Shown here: piece by piece, positions 12,308 through 26,580 of the stretch | Layout: each line of letters begins with the position of its first letter | Numbering within the stretch: the stretch's first letter is position 1 | Source of the DNA: Octopus vulgaris | Taxonomy: Eukaryota | Length of the DNA stretch: 64,000 bases | Direction of reading: 5' to 3' | Assembly: GCA_951406725.2 (NCBI GenBank) | Contig: OX597823.1 | Location: 93,000,001-93,064,000, forward strand | Translations under genes and position numbers: made by a program | The notes under the pieces: generated by a model | Told to the model about the DNA's origin: nothing | What the model saw: the letters and a program-made list of their open reading frames with translations, nothing else | Databases searched by the model: none

Positions 12308-13185
12308 TGTGTATGTACATATATAGATATATATATATGTGTGTGTGTGTGTATGTATATATATGCATAGGGATATGTATCTCTGAATACATGTAAAATT
12401 TGCTTAGATGAGTTGCATTCTTATGTGCATCACTGTTGACTGGGTAATAAATAAAGTTATGGCTTCATAAATGCATATTTTTGTCTGTGTATTTACTGTA
12501 TGTGAATCTGTGTGTACGCCGTCTAACGTGCGTGCTCGGCGAAAGTGTAAAGCCTGTGTGTGGATGTGGAGAGGCGCCATGGAAGATGGAAGATATTTCA
12601 CAAAATCAGGTTAGCAAAAGAACAATGAAAAGCAAGAACACCAATAATAACACTTACAACAACACCAATTCTGGAATAAAGAGTGAGACATTAAAATTAT
12701 TATCATTCCCAATGCCGATGATGTTGTTGCTGGTGTTTTTCATTTTCTCTGTGAAAGGTTGGACTTTTGAAAGGAATTTCGAAAGTTAGGTTTCATAGTC
12801 TTCAATGAATTAAGACGATCGATAAAGAATTGGGTGAGTTTTCGCTCACAAGAAGTAAATTTGATTGGTATGTTTAGGTAGGAAATTGATAGTGGTATAA
12901 CAATTGCATGAATGCCGCTCCACTACCAATGGTATTGGTAGTGTCGCTCTTGTTGCTGGGTTTGGTAATGCGGCTACAGATGCTGTCGAATTTATTGGCG
13001 ATGGTAAAAGACGAGGTGTTGGTAGAAACAATGTCACCATGGTATGTCTCTTAGCTTGTAAACAATAAACACAAACCGCCCCAGCAACACACTCTTTCCT
13101 CAACATAGGTCTATACATTTATGCATATACATATATGTACACGAGCATCTCTGCCTCTGTCTCTCGCTCTCTCATTCTGTCTCTC

Positions 13186-13229
<44 letters not shown>

Positions 13230-14304
13230 CCGAAATTGCGAGTATGATCCGGTTCTTGATTGAAGTTAAATCGAATAATCTGCATATTTAATTATTTTAA
13301 TTTTAAAAGATTTTAATTTCTTGTTTCTCATCTTCCATAACATAAAATAGAGTTTTGTTCTGTTTTTGGCGTTGTTAGCCGTGGATAACACTAATTATTC
13401 TTTCTTTCGAATAGCCGGCTTCGGAAGTGTTTCAGGAGCCATCTTAGGTATTCAAACTCTCTCTCCTTCCCCCGCCCCCTCCTCTCACTATCTCTGTCTT
13501 TTCCTTCTGGAGAAAATAGCTGTAATCAGGTACGGAAGGTAATGGGTACCCACCAGCTTACAATGCCTAAAAAAGTCAATTGCATCCTGACTGCTCACAT
13601 CCGCTAAAACTTCATTTACTGTTGAGAAGATGTGGATTTGTATGTGCAAACCTGCGTGGCATGGTCGTGGGCGTGTGTAAATAGGCATGTCTGTACTTGC
13701 TCTTATTAGTTTGGTCCCTAGACTACGGATATGCTTGACATATCTCTGTAAGCATTTAATTGATCCGAGCATATTATCCGGCATTTAATTTTCGACTTGG
13801 AAGGAATTTATTGGCAAAATCCACATTACTAATGTTCTTTAAACATGTGTGAATAGCGTAAAATTCTCATTATTTTTTCAAACGAATTTATTTTGTGCAA
13901 CCGCATATTAGCAAATGTATTGGAAGGGTTTCACACAGTGTTTCAGTATCGCACAAGTTTACAATGATTCGTGAGAATATTTTCTCCTAATCTTTCGCGT
14001 CAGCCCATCAAGATTGAGTGAGGGAGATAAATCAATTACGTTCAATTACACTGACCCAAGTACTAAACCGGACTTTATTTTATGGATCCCAAAGGGATGA
14101 AAAGCAAAGTCAACCTCAAGTTGTGAACACACAATGTAAAGTCGGAAGAAATGCCGTCAATCAATTTTTTCGGCATATCAAGGATTCTGCCAGATCTCCG
14201 GCGTGCTAAGAATTGTGGTGGCTAGGCCCACTGATTTACGACAACAATACAATTCAGTTATCCAAAATCCAAAGAGTAGGACTCACTAGAAACCATAGGT
14301 GTAT

Positions 14305-14535
14305 GAATAATTCGCCGTAAACATTTTTACCGTGGGGAAAATTTACAATAGTAAATTTCATCGTAAAGAAAACACAAAACCAGAGTGTAAACTAAGTAAC
14401 TCATTTCCAAGAAATCACTCTTCACTAATTGGTAGGATAGCTGATGCTGCCATTTTAAGATAACAGTTGCATTTATGAATTTTTTTTACGGTGAATTTTC
14501 CAACGGCAAAAATGCTTATGGCGAAATTTCCTGTA
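14305..14535. mobile_element. MITE-like inverted repeat element
   Basis: aattcgccgtaaacatttttaccgtggggaaaatt / aattttccaacggcaaaaatgcttatggcgaaatt. Confidence 0.55.
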
Positions 14536-16116
14536 ACTGAACCGCATGATCGCAAATGAATCTCTTGACAACATGCTCCTTACAAAGCACTAATATTTGG
14601 TAAATGTACAAGAAAGAAATATAGGTGAAGCGACTTTGAAAGTTTTATGGATAAGGGTAGATATATCTTGGAGTTACGCATGTTCTGAAGAGAGAAATAT
14701 AAGCTAGTTTTTCCTATCAAAATGTGGGATATGTACATGGACATGTGCATTATCCAGATGTATAGAGGATAATTAATGTATACTTGCAGGATTAACGAAC
14801 CCGATGCAATTGTACATATAATTTCGAAATGTGTAAGATACACACTCGCATAGGGAGAATAATAAATTCAAAGAAAAATAGATTTAAAGAATCGCGTTCT
14901 TTTTAAAACTAGTATTCGTAAATGAATACACTACCATACAAATACAGGAATGCAGGCATACAAATATGCACACATAACCACTCGCCATATGAATATATAT
15001 GTGCACATACATATTGTAGATGCACAATGAAAGTATGTTAAATCGTAAAGACCTTTTTCTGCTAATCTTAAAGAGAACGCCATTTACTGGAGTGCTTTCT
15101 TAACATGTAAAATTATATTTAGCGAATATGAAACTGCCATCTGAGACAAATTAGAGAAGTAAATGAAAGAAACGGATGTGCATTCATTGTTTATTGGAGA
15201 TAATATGTTAAATGCACTAACATGACAGAGAAAATGGATAATAAGCAGGATAATCTTGTCGTTTTAATATTGTGAGGAAATGTAATTTCGTGATTACGAT
15301 GTATTTAATGTTGTTTAATAGTGTAATTTAAGCAGCGTAGTTATTTGCATGTAAGGAAGGTTTGTGTACAAGTATGTATGTATGTGTGTCTATGAATGAA
15401 TGTATGAAAATCAATGCATACAAATTCATGCGGACACACACACTCAACACACAGGAGGTGCAAAATTACACATGAATAAGATATATATAAATTATTCACG
15501 TTTGTAAACACGTGGGCGAACATATATCGTCCGTACGTTTATTTTAATTCAAATATATCTGCCACGATGAAGTATTTGAACAAACATATATGCGTATATA
15601 TCTGTGGATGCTTTCCTATGCACCAACGTCTCACCCTCCTCATTACATACTACCCTTTTGTAAGTAAATGAGCATCTAAGGGTACCTTGGATTGTGCCTC
15701 TGTACTTAGCTGTAGTTCTGCTTTGCTACGTCCGTGTGTGCATATCTGTTTGTATACATGTGAGATTAGGTGTCCCGGTACTGAAAATTGTCCTCCGTTA
15801 ATCCGTAAACTACTCAGTTTTAGAAAGTGCCTTTTTCTAACTAAATTTACATTATTCTATGCTTTGATTTTGTTGATATTAAAATACAGTAAATTCCATG
15901 AGAGTGATTAACCTACTGTCTTGAGGGATCCCTGTCAATTAGAGCTGAAGATGGGACATCAGTGGAACAAAAAGTGGTGTAACCGCACAAACAAAAAAAA
16001 GGGCAGAAATGTGGGTTCTGATAGTGTAACGCAATCGCTTCTATACTTTGAATACTAGGCTGCTGTTCTAGTAACTTGACGGAGAAAGCAAATAAGTTAA
16101 CTGTAAATCTTTTGTC

Positions 16117-16175
<59 letters not shown>

Positions 16176-16235
16176 CATTTTAAATACCGTTGGGTTTTTC
16201 TCATAAGGTATTGGAATCTTACATATATATATATA

Positions 16236-16445
16236 TTTCTTTACTACCCACAAGGGGCTAAACACAGAGGGGACAAACAAGGACAGACAAACAGATTAAG
16301 CCGATTATATCGACCCCAGTGCGTAACTGGTACTTAATTTATCGACCCCGAAAGAATGAAAGGCAAGGTCGACCTCGGCAGAATTTGAACTCAGAACGCA
16401 AAGCATTTCGCCCGGGGTGCTAACGATTCTGCCAGCTCGCCGCCT
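16236..16445 (-). mobile_element. Young tRNA-derived SINE (ggcggcgagctggcagaatcgttagc family)
   Basis: Near-identical to 37575-37804 and 58077-58493. Shows the tRNA head, B-box gagttcaaatt and central gtcgac..gcctttcat..tttcggggtcgataaattaagtaccag. Confidence 0.9.
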
Positions 16446-16449
16446 TAAT

Positions 16450-16702
16450 CTTACATATATACCATTCTGCCTAATATAAATTCCATAAACCTACATATCT
16501 CACATCCATTTTCTTTCCTCCACCTCACTCTTTATTTTGTACCCTATCTAAATTAATTATTTCTGAACCATTCTCTCACAACGTCTCCTATGAAGGAATA
16601 TAATTAATAAATGTCCTGGAAGCAGCTGTAAGGCCTTCTATCTATAAACGTTCTAATATCTACACAGCCTCGACTTTCTATCTCATTACGCCAAAGAAGA
16701 TT

Positions 16703-16705
<3 letters not shown>
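16450..16705 (+). mobile_element. PLE-terminus-like module with degenerate HHR (16583-16634)
   Basis: gtct cCTATGA agga...tcct g GAAGC agct GTA aggc. Downstream sequence aligns with the 43810-43940 module. Ends at a (TA)n tract. Confidence 0.6.
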
Positions 16706-16751
<46 letters not shown>

Positions 16752-16753
<2 letters not shown>

Positions 16754-16875
16754 TACTGCAGAAACTCCCAGGTGAACCTACCTCGCAGCAAGGAGGCACA
16801 AGAGATGGCAGTGATATCAAACTCACATATTCACCAAATCCCACATACCAGAGGAGGTTCCCGATAATAACTGGT
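16752..16875 (+). mobile_element. CR1/Crack/L2-like LINE extreme 3' end
   Basis: LQKLPGEPTSQQ(fs)EAQEMAVISNSHIHQIP resembles the PDEP...AAASNSLxHQ RT terminus. Confidence 0.5.
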
Positions 16876-16914
16876 CACAGTTTTGAGCTGAAACTGATAA
16901 AAAAAAGGACATAT

Positions 16915-16994
<80 letters not shown>

Positions 16995-17709
16995 GCACTT
17001 ATTGTTGTATTTCAGGATAGTCTTTTTTTTCGCAAAATAAACACATGCATTATTTATTTGTTCTTCACTCGACAAACATTTGTGACCTCCTAAGCGACAC
17101 TTTCCATCTTCGCGCGTGCCTTTGCTCTGCTTATTTCATTCTGTTCTTCTAATGTGTGTATCCTTATATGCGCAAGGGTCGGTGTTTGTATGTCTGTGTA
17201 CATGCATATGTGTGTGTTTGTTATTAGTAACCCTATGTCCCTCCTCTCAATACCGTCCCCTACCAAGCAGCCGCTGCTGCTGCCCTACGAACCGACAATT
17301 TGTACCGTTCTTGTAACTCACTGTGTTTGTGTGTTTGCCCACGCTGCTGCCATCAGGATAGTTACTGTTGTTGTTGTTCTTGTTGTTGATATTTTTGCGG
17401 TCGTCGCTGAAGTTACCATATGTGTTTGTGTGTGTATATGGGTTCACTTCCTATGTTGCTTGTATCCGTGCCATTTATACAGTTTTGTTTTGTTTTCTTT
17501 TATTCTTTTTGTCTATATTTTTTTTATATTTATCATAGGTATGTGCATATATGTCTATTGCATGTGTGTTACCTTGCTTGCATCTGTTGTTTCTTTTCTC
17601 ACTTCAATCTTTAGTGTGGTGTGGTGTAGTGGTGGGTGTCATTGTTCCGTTGTGTTTTCTGTTGAGTCTCACTCTGTCTATTGCTACGTGTGTAGCCTCT
17701 GTGAGCTCC

Positions 17710-18150
17710 CTAACTATGCATTGATAATACATTGACCTCTATGCTATTGACTGAGCCTCTATGTTCTGCTTGAGCATGTCGATAGAACACTGACAAGCCT
17801 TTCTCATCTTTGAGCTCTCGCCAGTTGTCACCTATGCGCTCTCCTATGCTATGTGATGTCTCTTCAGTGTTTGTAGTTATCCTGATTCTGCACCGTTCCT
17901 CAGTACACCGTAAGCTACGTACTGTAATCCTAATCTTGCAATTAACATGTGCGTCCATCCTACATGCACCACAATTGTTCTCCGTACATGGGGACCAATC
18001 GAAGGGATAAGTTCTACAGACCAGGAATTTTATAGGAGACCCTGCCATTCTATTACTTTAATTTGTAAATTGAACTTATCTAATATTTTCCTAAACAGGT
18101 ATGCTAGCTCACCGCCAGTGGTAGCATCAACGAACATGAAACACTGGTAT
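17710..18150 (-). pseudogene. Penelope-like element GIY-YIG endonuclease fragment (second lineage)
   Basis: MFVDATTGGELAYLFRKILDKFNLQIKVIE(fs)AGSPIKFLVCRTYPF..PC...CGAC...NCK...VRSLRC...C...EETSHSIGER...SVFYRHAQAEH: a Cys-rich linker plus degenerate GIY-YIG and His motifs. Confidence 0.7.
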
Positions 18151-18547
18151 GTCTTTTTGTCATAACAAGAGTTGGGCTTCTCTGTCTTTTTCTGGTCCTT
18201 TCTGTGCTGTTCTATGATTTATATATATGTATTTTTTTAAACCAATGAAAGTAACAAATCAAAGATGCAGGCCGAAGATTTTGACAATTAACTGGTATTT
18301 CAGTATTTCAGAGTTTAGGTCTACTTCTTTAGGAAAACACCATTTCTCCTTAGATATCCTTTAAATAAGGAAGCACTAGGTACTAAATATTGACATGCAT
18401 TTTAAGATTTTAAATAAATCCTTGTGTTAGCTTTAAATATATGTGATACGTTTCTATGAGATAATTCTCCCTGAAATATTTACACGCAGTCACACTGACA
18501 CACAGACACACTCATATGTACACATACACATATACATGAATATATAC

Positions 18548-18613
<66 letters not shown>

Positions 18614-18616
<3 letters not shown>

Positions 18617-20738
18617 AAAAAGTAAAGAGTGAAAAAACGACAGAAGGCTTAAATGTTAAAAAATATATATATTTGCGTCAAAATGTCTGGAGAATATTGG
18701 AAACATTTTTTTCCTTTCCTTAAAATGACATAATTTTATAATTTTTAAAGAAATACCGGTTTCGCATGTAGCTTTTCAAATTTCTTGTGACGTTATGTTT
18801 ATATTGCATGGAGTTATCGTTGTGTTTATTTTCAGGAGATTTCTAAATAAGGGGAGGTAGTGAGTGATTTCTTCCGGTGTAAGGGAGATAATCGCTTAAA
18901 AATTTTTTTTTCCTTTAGTGTGAATTTCTCTGTATTATTGAGTTCGGATAGTTGAGTCTGGGTTTGTACTTTTCAATGAAGAATGTTTCCTTATTCAGTC
19001 TAATTTGTGATGATGATCCGAAAGCACATTGGTAAAATGGAAAGATTAAAAATTGTGGTTGTAGTTGCTTTGCGCATTTCTCAATGTGTTCACTAAAAGG
19101 TATCATTCTATATTCTGGGAATGCAATCTGTTGTCGATGCAGTGTGCATCTTACGTCTGAGTGATAGTCCCATGGACCCCATGTAGTCTTGGTGGCAGCC
19201 CGAGCATTTAATGACATAAATTATGTTTTCAGAGGCACAAGTAAAGTTAGATTTGATCTTGAATTTCTGTCCCTCTTTAAAGAAGAATTCTGATCCTTCC
19301 AATAGGTTAGGACATGTTGCACAGTTCGATCTACCACATTTTTTTACTTTTGCATCCGTAATTTTAGAAGACAATTTTGCCTTTGTGAGAATCTTTTTAA
19401 GTGATTTAGGCTGTTTGTAGCTTTTAATGATTTGGTGTATGTTTAGAATTTCCTTTAATTTGGGGTTTTTATGAAGTATTGGTAAATTCTGGGTGATGAT
19501 GGTGAAAGCTTCTTTGTTTCTGGGGTTGTATGTAGATATGTAAGGTAGTATTTTCGGGGAAGGTGTGTTGTTGTGTTGAACTTTTCTTAAAGTTTCTATG
19601 TTGATTTCTGTTGCACGTCTGATCCCATCCTCTATGAGTTGAGTTGGGTAATGTCTGTCAATTAGGGTGTTTTTGAGTTCTTGCAGTCTGAAGTTCCTGG
19701 TATTTTGTTCTGACACTATTGTGCATATCCTTCTTGCAAGGTTGAAGGGGATGTTTGTTTTAGTGTGTCTTGGGTGGCATGAACTAAAAAGAATGTATTG
19801 TTTGGCGTCTGTGGCTTTGTAGAAAATGTCTGTTTCTATTTTAAGGTTAATTTGTTTAATTAGTATATCCAAGAACGGGAGTTCCTTTTGGTTGTATTCC
19901 ATTGCGAACTGTATATTTGGGTTTATGCTATTCAATAGGTTTTTAAATTTTAAGAGTTTATCTGTGTTTTCATTCCAGAGAATAAAACAATCGTCCAAGA
20001 ATCGTTTCCAGTTCTCTTTTATGTATTGAGAGAGGGGTTTCCAAAGATTGATAAGGATTCCTGGTAAATGGTTATTTCCATGTATCCCATTGTTAAGTTC
20101 GCAATGACTGGTGATGCCCTTGTACCCATAGCAATTCCGGATTTTTGACGGTAAAATGTATTGTCAAACATGAAGTGGTTATTGTGTAGGATGAATTCAA
20201 TTGATTTAGTAATGAATTCTTTACTGATCCTTTTGGTATTTCTTCCGGAAATTGGTCTAACCAGAACTGAGTTGCTTCCAGTCCATAATTATGAGGTATA
20301 CTGGTATACAAGTTGACTACATCAAATGAAACCAGGATTGTTTCTTCCTTGGCTTTTTTTGGGAGGTGGTTTAACATATCTAAGTCATCTCTGATATGGC
20401 TATCGATATGTTTAAGGAAGGGTTTCAGGAGGATGTCCATAAGCAGACTTAGTCTGTGTGTTTCACAGGTTGGGCCAGCTACAATGGGTCGTAGTTTTAG
20501 GTCCCCGGTTTGGGTGTGTGTATGTATGTCTTTGGTGATTTTTTTAATGGTTTCATTTATAATTTGACTTTTGTGAATTTTTGGCAGACCATAGAAAAGG
20601 CTAGGTTTGCATTTGAAGTTTGTTAGGAAATCAATCTCTTTGGTTGTTAGTTCCTTTTCATGGGTTTTAATTAGTGAAGATAGAGTTTTCATTATTTTTT
20701 GTGGGGTGTAGTTGGTAATTTTTTCATAATGTAGGTCG

Positions 20739-20741
<3 letters not shown>
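18614..20741 (-). mobile_element. Penelope-like retroelement, 5'-truncated, frameshifted RT plus GIY-YIG and 3' terminal region
   Basis: FYGLPKIHK, LRPIVAG, SFDVVNLYTSIP, (fs) FYRQKSGIAMGT, KRFLDDCFILW, LPFLDI, SSCHPRHTKTNIPFNLARRI, CGRSNCATC, IIYVIKC...YMG, HRQQI..SEH. (TA)n tracts on both sides. Confidence 0.95.
18748..18786 (-). ncRNA. Minimal HHR relic in the PLE 3' terminal region
   Basis: Minus strand: aagaaa t TTGAAAA gc-tacat-gc GAAAC cg GTA tttctt. 6-bp stem I, palindromic ACCGGT stem III, two core substitutions. Confidence 0.7.
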
Positions 20742-20819
<78 letters not shown>

Positions 20820-20820
<1 letters not shown>

Positions 20821-20993
20821 TTGACAACCGATGTTTACGTCCCCGTAATTTAGCGGCTCGGCAAAAGACACCGATAGAATAAGTAGTAGTCATACAAATA
20901 ATAAGTCCGGGTGTGGATGATTTGTTCGACTAAAGGCGCTGCTACAGCATAGTCGCAGTCAAATGACTGAAACAAGTAAAGAAGCAAAAGATA

Positions 20994-20995
<2 letters not shown>
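20820..20995 (+). mobile_element. SINE 3' half (41212-type)
   Basis: cttgacaaccgatg...cggcaaaagacaccgatagaataagta...cgcagtcaaatgactgaaacaagtaaa. Confidence 0.8.
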
Positions 20996-21073
<78 letters not shown>

Positions 21074-21187
21074 TAGATAATAATTATAAAATTATACTTT
21101 TAAGGGTTCGTCGTATATTGGCTACCGAAAATAATGTAATACTGCGACATATGCTTCAATATTAGATTATATGTATGTATATATCTG

Positions 21188-21218
<31 letters not shown>

Positions 21219-21407
21219 ACACACATCTGCTTTATATCTCTGTGTGTTCGTGTGAATCTATGCAAGTGTACCGACAAAGAGAGAGAAGAGAGAGAGGCAG
21301 ACAAAGAGGGAGAGATATGCACACACACATATAAGCATATGTATATATACGTACACACAAACACATACACATATGCATATATACACGTCACGTATATATT
21401 TCTATGT

Positions 21408-21456
<49 letters not shown>

Positions 21457-21512
21457 TATATATATGTACGTATACATATATGCGTATATTTATATATTTA
21501 TATCTATCCAGC

Positions 21513-21548
<36 letters not shown>

Positions 21549-21550
21549 TG

Positions 21551-21601
<51 letters not shown>

Positions 21602-22983
21602 CACATACATACATACTCACACCTCTTTAGAGTATATCGGCAATGTTAATTAAAACACCGATTACTCTGTAATTAGATCATATATGCTGCAATTATTACT
21701 TGGATGAAAACACGCTGTTGGCTGTTATAATTAAAACTACTATTAACTAGATTACATCTAAATAGTTACGATAAAGCTAATAATATTTAAATGCGCTTTG
21801 GCTAATTGCTTAACGTCCAACATCAACCATCTTGCAAACCGATCGTTAAGGCCAAATTCAGCATCTTATTTTCGCCCATTTTGTCCTAACCAATGTTGTA
21901 GATTTCCCTGCATTTTAGTCATTTTCGTCGCCTATTCGTCAGTATTTATCGCCTTACAAATATATACAAGTGCAATAGGATGTCGTATATACAAATCTCA
22001 CTAAAATCTTGCAGAAGCAAAGCTTTGATGAAGTACTTTTAACCCGTTAATCTATTAACTTGGTATTCTTACATTGACTCTTTCTCTAGGATTACATTTT
22101 TTTGTGATTTTTATTCGTATTACAATACAGAATTTGATACAATATTGATATTACAATTATTGGAGGGTGATTTATCTTCTGTTTTAAGGGGTCCCTCTCA
22201 ACTAGGGCTAGAGATGTGGCATCAGTGGGTTGGTTGTTTAAAGTGCGATCAGCCCCGTCCTTGAATGTAGATCGGTTTTAAAATATATAATGTTTGATAA
22301 TATCTTAAGTATATTAGAACAAAAACGTGCTAAATTGAGAGACCACAACCCCGATACTACAGCTATATGTCAAGAATAGTCTAAGAAATGGTCACTAGAC
22401 CGGTCTCACGGGCAACACCCACAGACAGGTGATGCAGGGTAGACTACGAACAAGATGATTGCATAAACTCGGCAGGTTTCGCTTGGTGATGCAGCGCTGT
22501 GTGTTGAAGAAGGTTGTTCCTGACAGGGCACGATGGAAGGTATACTTGGCGGGTCTCCCAGGGGTTAATGGGCCAGAAGATGAGATATTCAAAAAGCAGT
22601 GACGACTGATCGATCGTCGAAGGAAATACATTGTAGTATTCAGATACATTTCAGATACCTGAAACAACCAACATACGATTATGTTTAAAACGCTGAAGAT
22701 ATCTCTAATAAACTTCAATCGTTCATTCACTACAAAAGAAGCGTCGGTCATTCGATCATGGCTGAAACAAGTAACATAATGAGAATGAAGGATGGCGGAT
22801 AGACTGAATCGTTAATGGAATCGTTAATTTTTTCTCCGTTCAAATCCACTCGATGTCCACTTGACATTTTTTATCGCTTCCAAGTCGGAAACTAGACATG
22901 TACTGGTGTCGCTTACTAACACTTATGTCAGCCCAGACCTCACTATGGAGCACACATGCATACATACATACATACATATATAC

Positions 22984-23038
<55 letters not shown>

Positions 23039-23104
23039 TGTGTATGTGTACGTGTGTGTGTCTGTGTGTATGTCATATGTGTGCGTGTTTCTCTGGAGAG
23101 AGAG

Positions 23105-23149
23105 AGAGACAGACAGACAGATACACAAACAGACAGATAGACAGACAAT

Positions 23150-23189
<40 letters not shown>

Positions 23190-23192
23190 TAT

Positions 23193-23263
<71 letters not shown>
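23105..23263. repeat. (GACA)n/(GATA)n tetranucleotide microsatellite
   Basis: Direct reading. Similar tracts at about 25025-25085 and 39830-40025. Confidence 0.95.
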
Positions 23264-23264
<1 letters not shown>

Positions 23265-23457
23265 GGGTGGGTAAGGCCTACTAAACATTCTGTACAGGTA
23301 ATGTCGATCTGATAGAAGGAGTGAGCTTATGTCTACACAAACATTTGATCACTATAAGCAAATCATCAGCGTGGTTATTCGCTAAGAAATGTCCTTCTTT
23401 ATCCGCCATAAAGTCTAAGATATAAAATGGACAATACAAGAGAAACAATAAGCGAGG

Positions 23458-23712
23458 TCGGGTAAAAATGTACAATATGTAATGAATGGGTGAGAATATA
23501 TGTTTTATTAATAAAACTGCAAAGACATCCGAGTTTCACGTTCCCGTTCTTCGGTTAGTTCGACGAACGGGAACGTGAAATTCTGAGTAACCGTCCTTGT
23601 CATGTCTTTGCTACTGTACTAATAAAGCATATTACTCTCCCTACGGCGTAAGTCGACTTGGTCGTAAGCCGGCATATAGGCGCACATAGCTTTTTTTGTA
23701 CATTTTTACATT
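23458..23712. mobile_element. Fold-back element with head-to-head HHR-like motifs
   Basis: Central palindrome gagtttcacgttcccgttc / gaacgggaacgtgaaattc. Outer arms gtaaaaatgtacaa / ttgtacatttttac and gagaatatatgttttatta / taataaagcatattactctc. Confidence 0.75.
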
Positions 23713-24109
23713 CTTAATGTACATTCACAGGTAAAAGCCACGCACATGATTCTTTATTATACTATTATACTGGTGTTAGTCAAATATCTCTGAGTCTCAA
23801 GCAGACGTCTTATAAACTAATACGAAGTTGCCTCGGTGTCTCCGCGACAATATATTTATCCCACATTTGGCATAACCACAGTGGAGATCGATAACCTGAC
23901 CTAGGGGATGCATTTGTTAGCTGACATCACAAGCAAATGCGTTCCCGTTATATTTCAACAAGACAGATTATTATTGCTCCCGGGAGCTGGCGCGTCAATC
24001 GTCGTTAAGTCGATTGATCGAAAGTCGGATAGGCCGTATATATATGTGTTTGTGTGTGTGCGTGCATGTGTGTGCGTGTGTGTGTTTGTGTGTTTACGTG
24101 CGTGTTTGT

Positions 24110-24175
<66 letters not shown>

Positions 24176-24275
24176 AGTCAAAATGAGGGTGGAAAATTGG
24201 ATATTAATTTAATAACATCAATTTAACACCAATGGTTTAGCGCATAAAAAACTGAGATTCAGTAAATATTATTAG

Positions 24276-24699
24276 TACATAAATACGAGAGGGAATCCAC
24301 TATGTGGAAGCCCTTACGCTAAAGAGAGATCCGCATGAGTCTCAACCACTCAGAATTGCTCTCAAGAAAAATTTAGCACACCATGAACGTAAGCGCGCAG
24401 GACAAATGAAAAATAACAAAAATATAGATTAACCCCATACAATTGTTTCACTGTGAATAAATTATGCAATTTTACTTACACAATTCATCTGCAGTTGGTC
24501 AGTGAGGTCATCAAATAAAGATATAATTTGTCGAACTCCACGCCAGATATCAACAAGAGGTCGAAAATACACGTAGTTCCACCTATTACATCTACGGTTA
24601 TGTTCAAACGTCCTGGAGAACAATTCATAGTGGTTGAGACTTATGCGGATCTCTTTTTAGCGTAAGGGATTCCACAATGTGGATTCCCTCACATATTTA

Positions 24700-24703
<4 letters not shown>
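24276..24703. mobile_element. Fold-back element (about 90 bp arms) enclosing an HHR relic at 24432-24499 (-)
   Basis: Arms gagggaatccac...cccttacgctaaa.agagatccgcat.agtctcaaccact and their reverse complement at about 24612-24703. Loop minus strand: CAGATGA attgtg...cacagt GAAAC aatt GTA. Confidence 0.75.

Positions 24704-26580
<1,877 letters not shown>

Noticed and set aside
17154-17735. 193-aa hydrophobic ORF resembling a membrane protein
   Set aside because: TG-rich low-complexity DNA antisense to a PLE fragment's downstream region; no family motif.
20742-20893. N-terminal part of ORF 20093..20893
   Set aside because: Read-through from a SINE and (TA)n into the PLE RT frame; not part of the protein.
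22300-22590. Possible RTE 3' end (PDRARWK)
   Set aside because: Only a short motif in broken frames; too weak to list as a feature.
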